From Promethearchaeia archaeon (GTDB lineage: Archaea > Asgardarchaeota > Lokiarchaeia > Sigyniarchaeales > SOKP01), in NCBI GenBank assembly GCA_046497275.1, contig JAWOFX010000007.1, positions 1 through 32,000 on the forward strand: 32,000 nt of DNA, written 5' to 3'. Below the pieces are notes generated by a model that worked only from the letters and a program-made list of their open reading frames with translations, made no database searches and had not been told where the DNA came from. How positions within the stretch are numbered: position 1 is the stretch's first letter; every line of letters starts with the position of its first letter. This document shows positions 8,418-18,758 of this stretch, in pieces. The position numbers and the translations under genes were made by a program.

Positions 8418-10007
8418 ATGGATATTATAATTAAAAATGGGAAAATAATAGATGGAACAGGAAATCCTTGGTTTTACGCAGATATCGGGATAGAGAATGA
8501 AAGAATTGTAAAGATTAAACAAAATTTAGACGAAACTAGTGAAAAGGAAATTGACGCAAGAGGGATGATTGTGTGTCCGGGTTTTATTGACGCACATACT
8601 CATTCCGACTTAGTTGCAATTACTAATAAAACTGCCTTTAATTATATCACTCAAGGGGTTACAACTAATGTTATTGGTAATTGTGGATTCACAGCTGCAC
8701 CTATCAATCAAAATACTGTGAGTGATCTAATATCCTTAGTAGCACCAGATTTAGATGTGGATTTGACCAAATTATGGCAAAGTTTTGAGGATTTTCTTAA
8801 CTTCTTTGATGGAACAAGATTTACTATAAATTTAGCACCATTAGTAGGACATGGAACATTGAGAATCGCTGTTATGGGGCTTGAGAAAAGAATGCCAACA
8901 CCCGAAGAATTAACAGAGATGAAAAAGCTTATTGAAGAAAGCATGATAGCTGGCTCTTTTGGAATCTCTGCTGGATTAGAATATTTACCTGGAATGTTTG
9001 CTAAACCAAGCGAATTAATTGAATTATGTAAAGTGGTCTCAAACTATAATGGTATTTTTGCAGTTCATGTAAGAAATGAAGGAGATTTGGGAAAAGATGC
9101 TGTTGATGAGGCGATATATATTGCTCAAATGGCAAAAATACCGCTTCAGATATCTCATCTTAAACTAGATGGAAGAAAAAACTGGGGGAAAGCAAATGAA
9201 CGGCTTAAACAATTGGAAAATGCACGAGAAAATGGAATAGATGTAACCACTGATGTTTATCCATATACGTTTTGTATGACAGGTATTCATGCTCTCTTTC
9301 CAGATTGGGTCTTTGAAAATGGATTAGATAATGCTGTAAAGAAATTGGAAGAAGAAAAAATTAAAAATCAACTAAGAGAATATTATAAAAATGGGACTTC
9401 TATGTTAGCACCATCATCTTCTGAAGCATGGGATAATGTGATTTTATCGAATGCCAAGAATCCAAATTATAAAGGTAAATCTATCCTTAAAGTTGCTAAT
9501 GAGAATAACTTAGATATAATAGACGCAATGCGAGATATTATAACCACTGAGGGAATAGGAATGTTGGTAGCATTACAAGGTATGAATGAAAAAGATGTTA
9601 TAGAAATAGCTCAACATCCTTTATCTATGGTTGGTTCAGATGGAGAAGTCAGAGATATAGAAGATGATAAAATTCATCCGAGATATTACGGCACATATCC
9701 CAGATATTTAAGAAAACTTGTATTCGATGGAAATATTTTAAGATTAGAAGAGGCTATTCGCAAGATGACTTCATTTCCAGCAAATAAATTTGAGATAAAA
9801 AATAGAGGGTTAATAAAAGAGGGTTTTTTTGCTGATATCACAATTTTTGACCCTAATAATTTAAAAGATCAAGCAACCCTTGAAAAACCAAATAAAAAAT
9901 CTGAAGGAATAGAATTTGTAATAATAAATGGAAAGATTGTCTTAGAAAATGGAGATATGAAGAGGAAATATCCCGGGCGGGTTTTGAGAAATAACTCACA
10001 AAATTAA
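8418..10007 (+). CDS. N-acyl-D-amino-acid deacylase (D-aminoacylase), amidohydrolase family
   Basis: PGFIDAHTHSD, VIGNCG, HVRNE, SHLK, GSDG, HPRYYGTYPR motifs. Confidence 0.9.
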   Translation: MDIIIKNGKIIDGTGNPWFYADIGIENERIVKIKQNLDETSEKEIDARGMIVCPGFIDAHTHSDLVAITNKTAFNYITQGVTTNVIGNCGFTAAPINQNTVSDLISLVAPDLDVDLTKLWQSFEDFLNFFDGTRFTINLAPLVGHGTLRIAVMGLEKRMPTPEELTEMKKLIEESMIAGSFGISAGLEYLPGMFAKPSELIELCKVVSNYNGIFAVHVRNEGDLGKDAVDEAIYIAQMAKIPLQISHLKLDGRKNWGKANERLKQLENARENGIDVTTDVYPYTFCMTGIHALFPDWVFENGLDNAVKKLEEEKIKNQLREYYKNGTSMLAPSSSEAWDNVILSNAKNPNYKGKSILKVANENNLDIIDAMRDIITTEGIGMLVALQGMNEKDVIEIAQHPLSMVGSDGEVRDIEDDKIHPRYYGTYPRYLRKLVFDGNILRLEEAIRKMTSFPANKFEIKNRGLIKEGFFADITIFDPNNLKDQATLEKPNKKSEGIEFVIINGKIVLENGDMKRKYPGRVLRNNSQN

Positions 10008-10019
10008 GAATTAATAAGA

Positions 10020-11090
10020 TTAATCTAAATAGGTTTTTTCAATATATGGGCTAGTCATTGCCCTTAGGAGACATTCATAACTCATATTAAATTTAAGATG
10101 ATCCCCAACTGAGAAGTTATTATTTTTAATATCGCAAATTAGATAGTCACTTGAAGCACCCATTATATCTATATCATCATGTGGAAATAGTCCATTCTCA
10201 TCGATATCTTGCCTACCAATATCTAAGAGTGCTTGGGTTCTTGTCCCTTCTCCTCTATATTTCTCTTTAGTAAAAATTGAAGGTTCTCCAAAAGCATTAG
10301 TATAATAGTTTCCAATAGGATTTTTCGGTTTTTCACTCAATTGAACTATTTCAGACATTAAAGTAATTGTATTTTGTTTTAACTCTGGGATAGGACTATC
10401 TTCTATAGATTCAGCTCCCATAATAATTGCTGTGCCTAATCTTAGATTATTAATTAGTCCGATATCACCAGTTGTTTTTATCCAATTATAATTGGATGAA
10501 TTTCCCCCTGATATAAATTTTAGTTGAATATTAAATTTTTCTTGAATTTTTTGTGCTATTTGAGAGAATTTCTTCATGTTTTCTTTATCTGGAATTACTC
10601 CAGCAAAACATTTTAAATTTGTACCAATGCCTAATAATTCAACTCCTTTTAATTCGATGATGTCTTTAATGAATGAATCTAATTTTTTCGGCAGAATTCC
10701 TTCTCTGAGATCTCCCATCTCTACCATTACAATTATACCATGGATTTTATTTTGTTGAATCGCTTCATTAGAGAGTGATTTGATTACTTCTAACTCGGAA
10801 TTTAAACTAATATCTGCGTAGGTAACTACTGGTTTAATCTCAGAGAGGCTGGGATTTCTTATTAATATTAATTCTGCTTTTAGATTAGCATTATGAATAG
10901 TTTTAATATTATTTATTCTAGAATCGCCAATATATTTGATTCCAGCGTCAATCATAGTTTTTGCGATTTTAGGATCTCCTAAAACAACTTTAGTTATACC
11001 AATAATTGAAATATCTTTTTTTTCAAGGAATTTTCTTAAATATTTTGCGTTATATTTTATTTTCGAAAGATTTATCTCAACACAAGGCAA
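10020..11090 (-). CDS. PLP-dependent alanine/ornithine racemase family (Orr-like)
   Basis: GITKVVLGDP (PLP lysine), GDSRINN, MVEMGDLREG, NLKCFAG, SGGNSS, NLRLG, GASSDY motifs. Confidence 0.8.
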   Translation of the reverse strand: MPCVEINLSKIKYNAKYLRKFLEKKDISIIGITKVVLGDPKIAKTMIDAGIKYIGDSRINNIKTIHNANLKAELILIRNPSLSEIKPVVTYADISLNSELEVIKSLSNEAIQQNKIHGIIVMVEMGDLREGILPKKLDSFIKDIIELKGVELLGIGTNLKCFAGVIPDKENMKKFSQIAQKIQEKFNIQLKFISGGNSSNYNWIKTTGDIGLINNLRLGTAIIMGAESIEDSPIPELKQNTITLMSEIVQLSEKPKNPIGNYYTNAFGEPSIFTKEKYRGEGTRTQALLDIGRQDIDENGLFPHDDIDIMGASSDYLICDIKNNNFSVGDHLKFNMSYECLLRAMTSPYIEKTYLD

Positions 11091-11439
11091 ATATACACAC
11101 CGAATTATAGAAAATTATTCAATTTTATACTTATAATTTAATAGATTCTTGTTTATTTTGAAATTTATTAATTTGATTCTAATAAAAAATTTATATCATA
11201 GAAATCAAGTGCTAAAGGAATTTTATTTCTATGAAAGTATAAAGAATTAAAAGAAATATACATTAGATATTTAATTTTCCTGTATTATAGTATTTTAAAA
11301 TTGATTTAGGCTTTAAAGTCACTTTTAGGAGCGAAAAATCAATTCAAATAATTAGCATTTTTCGAATTTATTTTATGAAAATTAATGAAGATATTATATT
11401 TAAATGCTATAATTAGAAAGAAGAATAATTCTTCTTCTA

Positions 11440-12807
11440 TTAATCAGAATTTTTATATGAAGGGATATAACCTTTTTTCATAAGTAATTTCGTTTGATTT
11501 TGCGATTTTTCAATTATAGTTTTAGCTTCTTTATATAATTCCTCTTCAGTTAATTTTTTACGTGCTAATCCTTGTTCAATCGCTTTTAAACCAACAGCAA
11601 CAGCCTCTCTAATGAATATTTCTTCATAATCCATTGAAGGGATGATACATTCCTCAACCAAGCAACCTTCTATTCCTTGTACCAAAGAAGCTAATTCATA
11701 AGCTGCCGCTATACACATTTCATCAGTGATGGTTTTAGCCCTTACATCCAAGGTTCCTCTAAAGATTCCTGGAAACCCTAAAGAATTATTCACTTGATTA
11801 GCAAAATCAGATCTTCCAGTGGCTACAATACGTGCTCCAGCTTCTTTTGCGTCCCAAGGAAATATTTCGGGAATAGGATTAGCGCATGCAAAAACAATGG
11901 CATCTTGATTCATATTTTCAATCCATTCTTTTTTAATAACATTAGGTCCTGGAATACTTAAAGAAATCAAAACATCCGCATCTTTTAGTGCCACATCTAA
12001 TTTTCCTCTTAATCCTTCTGGGTTACTATTTTCAGCAATTTCACACTTATAATCTTCTGGACAGGTTAAATCAGATCTCCCTTCATATAATATTCCATTT
12101 GAATCCACAAAAATAGCATCTTGAATATTAAAGCCATCCTCTCTTAATAATCTTGAAATAGCAAAATTAGATGCTCCAATTCCATTAAATACCATTTTTA
12201 TTTCCTTTTTATTTTTCCCAACTATCTCTAAAGCATTAATTAAGGCTGCTAAAGTAACAGTGGCAGTTCCTTGCTGATCATCATGCCATACGGGAATTTT
12301 AATATCTGGATCTTTCCTAAGAAAATCAAGAATTTGAAAACATTTAGGTTTTGAGATATCCTCTAGATTAATCCCACCAAATGTAGGCTGAATTAATTTG
12401 ACAAATGAAATGAAATCTTCGCTATTACAGCAATTTTCATTTCCTATACAAAGAGGGAAGGCATCGACACCCCCTAAATATTTAAATAATAGTGCTTTTC
12501 CCTCCATTACTGGTAAAGAAGCCTCTGGACCTACATTTCCAAGACCCAAAACTCTTGAACCATCAGAAACGACGGCTACAAAATTCCATTTACTTGTATA
12601 ATCATAAACTTTTCCTATTTCTTTTGAAATCTTCTCACTCGGAGCAGCTACGCCGGGAGAATACCATATACCAAAATCTTCATGAGATTGAATCTGACAT
12701 TTCGGCATAATCTGAATTTTCCCTCGGTAAAAAGGATGCATTTTTAATGCTTTCTTACCCGGTTTTTTCGATTTTTCTATTAATTTTTCTTTAGTTATTT
12801 TATCCAT
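11440..12807 (-). CDS. NAD(P)-dependent malic enzyme
   Basis: VVSDGSRVLGLGN, EGKALLFK, GGINLEDI, HDDQQGTA, ATGRSDFANQVNN motifs. Confidence 0.93.
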   Translation of the reverse strand: MDKITKEKLIEKSKKPGKKALKMHPFYRGKIQIMPKCQIQSHEDFGIWYSPGVAAPSEKISKEIGKVYDYTSKWNFVAVVSDGSRVLGLGNVGPEASLPVMEGKALLFKYLGGVDAFPLCIGNENCCNSEDFISFVKLIQPTFGGINLEDISKPKCFQILDFLRKDPDIKIPVWHDDQQGTATVTLAALINALEIVGKNKKEIKMVFNGIGASNFAISRLLREDGFNIQDAIFVDSNGILYEGRSDLTCPEDYKCEIAENSNPEGLRGKLDVALKDADVLISLSIPGPNVIKKEWIENMNQDAIVFACANPIPEIFPWDAKEAGARIVATGRSDFANQVNNSLGFPGIFRGTLDVRAKTITDEMCIAAAYELASLVQGIEGCLVEECIIPSMDYEEIFIREAVAVGLKAIEQGLARKKLTEEELYKEAKTIIEKSQNQTKLLMKKGYIPSYKNSD

Positions 12808-12942
12808 TTTTCTAATTAATAAAGACGATTTATAATTGATATATATTAAAGTTCAAGTTCTCATTAGTTATAAGATATAACATTCCTATATTAAAAATAA
12901 AAATTAGAGCGAACTTATAAAAAATAAAATAAAAATTAGGAA

Positions 12943-14349
12943 TTACATTTTATTAAACTGTTCTTTTCTTGCGCCACATACGGGACAAACCCAACCATCA
13001 GGAATTTCCTCAAAAGGAGTTCCTGGTTCTATACCACCATCGGGATCTCCTTTAACAGGATCATATACATATCCACAAACCGAACACCTATATTTCCCCC
13101 CAAGTTCTTCAGAAGTCTTACTTATTTCCTTTTTCTCGGTGGGTTCTACTTTTGATTCCTCAGAAATTTCTCTAGATGGCAAATCATATAGATTAGGCAT
13201 CCCATGTTCATACTTCTTCATTGCATGTCGAGAGATGACTATCCGCTGAATTTCTGATGTACCCTCATAAATCTGAAAGAGTTTGGCATCTCTAAATAAT
13301 TTTTCTACTGGATATGTCTTAATATATCCGTATCCTCCAAAAATTTGAATCGCTTCCGTAGTGACTTCCATTGCTACATCAGATGCAACCGCTTTGGCAC
13401 ATGCGGAACTAATATTGTTATCTATTCCCTGATCAGCCTCCCATGCTGCTCTATAAGTCAATAACCTTGCTGCTTCAATATTTTTATACATTTCTGCAAT
13501 CTTAAACTGTATAGCTTGATAGTGATCAATACTTCTGCCAAACGCTTCTCGTGCTTTTGCATAATCAATTGAATATTCCATCGCTGAACGAGCGCATCCT
13601 ACAGCAAAAGCCCCAATCGCTGGACGTGTATTAGCAAATGTTTGCATAGCGAGAACAAATCCATAACCGGGTTTAGCTAGAACATTCTTCTTTGGAACTC
13701 GAACGTCATTCAATACCACAGAACATGTGTTTGAAGCTCTTTGCCCTAACTTTGGGATGTGTGCTCCGGTTCTAAGTCCTTCTGAATCAGTTGGAACTAT
13801 AAACGCGCAAATACCCCTATGCCGTTTTTCTGGATCAACAGTCGCGAAAACAGAGATGTAATCAGCATATCCAGCATTTGTAATCCAATATTTCGTTCCA
13901 TTTAATATGTAATCATCTCCTTCTTTTTTAGCTCTACATTGCATACCAGCAACATCAGAGCCCATACCTGGTTCTGAAGTTGCAAATGAGATTAATTTAA
14001 ATTCGTTAACCAATTCTGTCAAAATTCTTTCTTTTTGTTCTTTATTACCTCCAAGAACTATAGGTTCAGATCCTAAATTATTATCAAAAATAGAAGTTGC
14101 TATACCCGGACAAGCGGCAGCTATTTCTTCTACAACAATTACTGCTTCTAATAACCCTAATCCTGGACCTCCATATTCTTTAGGAATTCCTAAATTCAAT
14201 AAATCTTCTTCCCATGCTTTTTTAATAACTTCCATCGCCATAGTATTTTTTTCATCATAGTTTCTCGCAACTGGCAATACTTCTCTTATTGCAAATTCAC
14301 GCGCTCTTTTCTTTAGTTCTTTTTGTTTATCAGTTAATTGAAAATCCAT
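12943..14349 (-). CDS. Acyl-CoA dehydrogenase fused to a C-terminal rubredoxin
   Basis: [49 protein letters not shown]. Tail (12943-13095) [13 protein letters not shown]...[18 protein letters not shown] is a textbook rubredoxin. Confidence 0.92.
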   Translation of the reverse strand: MDFQLTDKQKELKKRAREFAIREVLPVARNYDEKNTMAMEVIKKAWEEDLLNLGIPKEYGGPGLGLLEAVIVVEEIAAACPGIATSIFDNNLGSEPIVLGGNKEQKERILTELVNEFKLISFATSEPGMGSDVAGMQCRAKKEGDDYILNGTKYWITNAGYADYISVFATVDPEKRHRGICAFIVPTDSEGLRTGAHIPKLGQRASNTCSVVLNDVRVPKKNVLAKPGYGFVLAMQTFANTRPAIGAFAVGCARSAMEYSIDYAKAREAFGRSIDHYQAIQFKIAEMYKNIEAARLLTYRAAWEADQGIDNNISSACAKAVASDVAMEVTTEAIQIFGGYGYIKTYPVEKLFRDAKLFQIYEGTSEIQRIVISRHAMKKYEHGMPNLYDLPSREISEESKVEPTEKKEISKTSEELGGKYRCSVCGYVYDPVKGDPDGGIEPGTPFEEIPDGWVCPVCGARKEQFNKM

Positions 14350-14491
14350 TTAAAATTCCTCTTTTATATTTAAATCTTTTCTTATATGATATCTTACTTC
14401 TTAAAGATTATATAACTACACCATATAAATAGAATTTCTTTATATTTTGAAAATTTCAAGAAGATTTAAGAATTTTATAAAAAAAGATTTT

Positions 14492-15784
14492 TTATTTATC
14501 GATTTTAGAGCCACATACTGGGCAATAGAGTGATTCTTTAACGGTTGCTCCACATATTGGGCAAAGTTTAAGAGAGATTTTAGCTCTTGGAGGTTTTAAA
14601 GAGCTAATTGAGATTTCTTCTTGGTCTTTATTTTGGATCATTTCTGTGGCATTCTCTTGAATAGAAGAACTATTTAAAGTAGATATATCAATTTCAGTTC
14701 CAAAAAAACCACCAACTTTTACCTTTTTTTTTAATGGTGTGAACTTTTGGCTTTTCATTTCATGTTCATCTTCAGTAAAATCTTCTTCCGGAATATACTC
14801 CTCTGGTATTCTATACCTTTCCGGTTCTTCTGTCTCCTCTTGAGTTTCCTTAGCCATTTCTTTAATAATAGTCTCAACAAAATCTTTATCTAATTTTAAT
14901 AATGCTCCACACCTAGGACAGCGAAAAATATTGGAAAATCCAATTTTATTTGTTATTGAATATTCTGCAGCACAACAGCTATGAAAAGGAGCATTACAAT
15001 TATAACATTTATGCACCTCATCACTATAAGTCTCACATATTGGGCAAATTTCTTCTTCACATATTACACAAATGGTCTCATCTTCAAGGGAAATAGAAAT
15101 TAGATCAGTAGCTAATTTCTCATAGAATGTATAATCTTCTTCTAATATTCTATTTGTCTCTGTTTCTAAAATATTAACGTTTTCTTGAGCTTTAACCAAG
15201 GAGTTTAAATAAGTGTTGAGATTTTTGCGATCATTACAATATAATGTAGCTCCAAAAGTCTCGCTTGTGATAACCTTAAGCTTCACATCATCATCATAAA
15301 ATTTCTCCTCCCCCAATCGAATAATATTGATTTTTGTGGAAAAATTCTTAGCTTTCAAAATTAGATTATATAAAGCAGTGTGGTATTCATCTGATAAATT
15401 GCTAACAGAATCCGAAAATATGATTACTTGGTAAATTTTAGATTCTTTTCTGCTTCTTTTAAAAATATGTGCCAATATTTCATACAAACCGTTTTCAAAA
15501 TAACTTTGCTCTTCATCTTTCTCATCCCATAATTCATTAATGGTATTTATTAGATTTTCAGCGTTTTTATCATACAAGGTAAAAAGGTCTTTTCCCTGTT
15601 GAAAAAGAACTAAGCTATAAGTGACTTTTTTATTTAATTCGCTTTTTTCTTCGATAAATGAATCTATAGCTTTAAATAAAGTCTTCTTTTTTATGAAATC
15701 GGTAGTTATATCTAAATAAAAAATAATTTCTTCCGAATTTGTTGAAGTGTTCCTCTTATTATCCATCCTATTACTATTCCCCAA
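14492..15784 (-). CDS. vWA-like domain + C4HC3 RING/PHD-like finger + C-terminal zinc ribbon (likely start ATG 15766)
   Basis: IIFYLDITTD (degenerate MIDAS strand), QVIIFSDS, INIIRLG. Then CVIC-x4-CPIC-x9-CYNC-x4-HSCC-x17-CPRC, and a final CPIC...CPVC. Confidence 0.65.
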   Translation of the reverse strand: MGNSNRMDNKRNTSTNSEEIIFYLDITTDFIKKKTLFKAIDSFIEEKSELNKKVTYSLVLFQQGKDLFTLYDKNAENLINTINELWDEKDEEQSYFENGLYEILAHIFKRSRKESKIYQVIIFSDSVSNLSDEYHTALYNLILKAKNFSTKINIIRLGEEKFYDDDVKLKVITSETFGATLYCNDRKNLNTYLNSLVKAQENVNILETETNRILEEDYTFYEKLATDLISISLEDETICVICEEEICPICETYSDEVHKCYNCNAPFHSCCAAEYSITNKIGFSNIFRCPRCGALLKLDKDFVETIIKEMAKETQEETEEPERYRIPEEYIPEEDFTEDEHEMKSQKFTPLKKKVKVGGFFGTEIDISTLNSSSIQENATEMIQNKDQEEISISSLKPPRAKISLKLCPICGATVKESLYCPVCGSKIDK

Positions 15785-16041
15785 TTAGAAAATTAGAATT
15801 GAAATAGTTTATTATTCTTAATACTACTTTAAAACTAATATATTAGATTTCTTATTTATTTTTAATTTTTTAAAAAGATGTGATCTCTTAAAGTTTAAGC
15901 TCATATTTTTAGATTTTTAAAGTTGTTAGACTTCTCCTTAAAATTTTTTATCAATTTAAAAAAGCATCCTATACTTTAATTCTTGAAATTTTTTTGAAAA
16001 TTAGATGTATTTTTATTAATTAAATTATTAAAGTAAATGCA

Positions 16042-16542
16042 TTATTGATTATCGTTAATATCCTTTTCCAATTTTCTATATATTAATTTATTTTCTTTCT
16101 TAACAACTTTATAAGTTTTTCCGAAAAAACCACCGATACGTATCAATTTTTCATCTTCATAATCACCTTGCGAATTATTTTCATTTTCTTGGTTCTGGAG
16201 ATTATATTCGTGAAAATCAATTGGTTCTGGAATATTAACTTTAGGGAGGTTTATTTTTTTTTCACTTAATTTTTTAGATTGAGAAAATGTATCAAAATTT
16301 TCCTTTTTTTCTCTTTTTGATGGCTTTAAATCCTCTTTTTTAAGCTTTAGAAGACTACCACATTGAGGACATCGGAATATAAATGGAATTCCTATATTAT
16401 GATCAATTGAATAATCTAAAATACAACAATTATGAAAAACTTCTCCACAATCCTCGCAAATTTGGGAGAGAGCATTCCGTTTTATGAAATTTTTGGTTAA
16501 ATCCAAATAAAAATAAATTTCTTCTCTTTTTTTCTCTGGCAA
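16042..16542 (-). pseudogene. Tandem paralogue of 14492-15784 with an in-frame internal deletion of ~220 aa (CDS or pseudogene)
   Basis: EEIYFYLDLTKNFIKRNAL matches EEIIFYLDITTDFIKKKTL and is joined directly to CEDC..FHNCC..YSI...IG...IFRCPQCGSLLKL, which matches CYNC..FHSCC..YSI...IG...IFRCPRCGALLKL. The GGFFG motif is shared. Confidence 0.6.
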
Positions 16543-16697
16543 ATCTCGAATCCCGTTTTCCTATTATTATTTAACATAAATAAGAAGTTTCTTAAATGTT
16601 TTTTTATCCAAAAAAATTTATAAGGTGTATGTTTTCTATATTTTAAGAGTGTTATTCAATTTTTTGAGAGAATTTAAATAGTGTTAAGGATCCCAGA

Positions 16698-18698
16698 ATG
16701 AAAGAATTTTTAGAGAAATTAAACTTAAGTGAAAATTGTATTAGATTATATTTAAAAATTATAGGTAGGTCTCCGTATACTTATTATGAATTAAGAACCA
16801 TTCTTCCAGATATTGACGATGGAACTTTTGCGGATTCAATTGAAGAATTAATTAATCAAAAACTCTTAATTCCTATTGAATCTGAAGACACAGAGCTTTT
16901 AACTTATTATCTTGCCTATCCTCCAATAACACCTATATTAAATTATTATTCTAACATAGAAGAGAGCTTTACTAATATAAAAAATGCTTTGCAAGATCTT
17001 GTAGTTAAATCAGTCAATGAGATTTTTGAAAAAGAAAATAAGGTGGAAATGGAAAGCATTTATAATGAATTTAAAGATATTAAAAAGGATTTTGAGGAGG
17101 ATAGTTTATTACAAAAAAAGGATGCTGAAGACATTTCAAAAGAGATGGATAAAATAAAAAACCTTGAAACAAACATTGAAGATCTCAAGGCAAGAATTGA
17201 AACCATAGTTCAAAAACAATTTAGCAATTTAATTAAAACCATTACTCAAATAAGAAAAAATCTTATAAAAAAGATTCAAGAATTAGAGCTTAAAAAAAGA
17301 GAAGAAGGGGTGATTGAAGCTATTGAAGGAGTTTTTAAAGATCAGGTTGATAAGATGGTTAAAGATTTTACTAATCAAATAACCACCCTAATTAATCAAG
17401 AGTTTGAAAAATTACCTTTAGATTCAATCATCAATAAATCTATTCAACAGAGAAATGACTTTAAAATGTTGCTTTTGAATTTAATCTCTAGTTTCGAGAT
17501 GAAAATCAAAAAAATATCTGAATTAATTCAAAGCAAGAGAGAAGATTTTGATCCAAATATTCAAAATTTAAAAGAAAAAATCCTTGGTAAAATAAATACA
17601 ATAATTTATAACTCCGTAGATCAGATAGCTAATTTAAATCAACCCATCATAAGAGCATTGTCTAACTATGAGGAGTATAGTCTGAAAACAGAGAATCTAA
17701 AAATTGAAAATGTATGGGAAATTGAAACTCTTACTGAAATCAATGAACAAATTATTAATACCATCGGTAACTCAAGCGAGGAATTGGTTATTATTGTCCC
17801 AGAGTTGAAAAGTTTCCTAAAAATAGAATTATTCCAGAATCTTCCTAAAAATCTCAAGGTTAAAATAGCAAGTTCAGACCCCCATGTTAATAGTATGGTT
17901 ATGAAATTCAAAAGTATCAATAATCTTGAATTTAGACATTATGATAATGATTCTTTTATTGGATTAAAATCCGATAATAATTTAATTGCTATGGGGTTTA
18001 TAAATAAAGAGGAAGAAAATCCCTTAGATAATTTTAGTGGATTAGCAATAAACAATACTCAGTTAATCAAAGTATTTAAGGTGGCTTTATATAATGTTTG
18101 GTCTGCTGCTGAACCTGATTATGGAGGAACAAGAAGAACAACTGTCAGTTCTACATCTCCAGTCAGAGGTAGTTCAAGACCTGCAATCCCAAAGGAAACT
18201 CCTATTCAACCTGAACCTAAGATGAAACCAGAATCCACTTCAGAAACCATCAAATCTACCGATATAAAAGAATCAAAAAAAGTAGGGGATAAAAAGATAT
18301 CTGAAGATATTGGTGAGGAATTAAGAGCTTCGCTGGAAAAGACTCAGAAAATTAAAGAACAAAAAAAGGAGGCAAAGATTCCAAAAGAAGAAGCAGAAAA
18401 GAGAGATTATACATCAAAGATCTTCCCTAAGGCAGGAGATACTGCAGGTATGGAAATTAATAATGCATTTAATTCCTTATTACAAGAACTGAGTGATCTC
18501 ACAGGAGAGGCTTTTAGTAATAAATTAGAATCAATTGCAGATTTAATTTTAGAGAAACGCGGATTTTCTGTGACTCTTCATGATTTAAGAAGTACTATCA
18601 ATGATTATAAAGCTCAAAAAGGCCCTTTAAATATAGAAGAGCGAAATCGTATATTTGAGAAAATTGAAACTTGGAAGCAAAAACTCTTATTAAATTAA
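16698..18698 (+). CDS. TrmB-like wHTH + long helical/coiled-coil region + inactive PLD-like domain + linker + helical C-terminal domain
   Basis: aa 1-78 follow the TrmB pattern (LEKLNLSENCIRLYL...YLAYPP). aa 80-330 are heptad-rich. aa 338-472 resemble the TrmB effector/PLD fold with no HKD. aa 473-570 are P/S/T/E/K-rich. Confidence 0.6.
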   Translation: MKEFLEKLNLSENCIRLYLKIIGRSPYTYYELRTILPDIDDGTFADSIEELINQKLLIPIESEDTELLTYYLAYPPITPILNYYSNIEESFTNIKNALQDLVVKSVNEIFEKENKVEMESIYNEFKDIKKDFEEDSLLQKKDAEDISKEMDKIKNLETNIEDLKARIETIVQKQFSNLIKTITQIRKNLIKKIQELELKKREEGVIEAIEGVFKDQVDKMVKDFTNQITTLINQEFEKLPLDSIINKSIQQRNDFKMLLLNLISSFEMKIKKISELIQSKREDFDPNIQNLKEKILGKINTIIYNSVDQIANLNQPIIRALSNYEEYSLKTENLKIENVWEIETLTEINEQIINTIGNSSEELVIIVPELKSFLKIELFQNLPKNLKVKIASSDPHVNSMVMKFKSINNLEFRHYDNDSFIGLKSDNNLIAMGFINKEEENPLDNFSGLAINNTQLIKVFKVALYNVWSAAEPDYGGTRRTTVSSTSPVRGSSRPAIPKETPIQPEPKMKPESTSETIKSTDIKESKKVGDKKISEDIGEELRASLEKTQKIKEQKKEAKIPKEEAEKRDYTSKIFPKAGDTAGMEINNAFNSLLQELSDLTGEAFSNKLESIADLILEKRGFSVTLHDLRSTINDYKAQKGPLNIEERNRIFEKIETWKQKLLLN

Positions 18699-18758
18699 GC
18701 TCCTTTTATTCATTAAAATTGAAAATTTGAATGATGAACGATTGTTATTTTCCCTGAA

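Noticed and set aside
17709-18113. Active PLD nuclease or phospholipase in the TrmB-like protein
   Set aside because: There is no HxKxxxxD motif (the segment reads RHYDNDSF).
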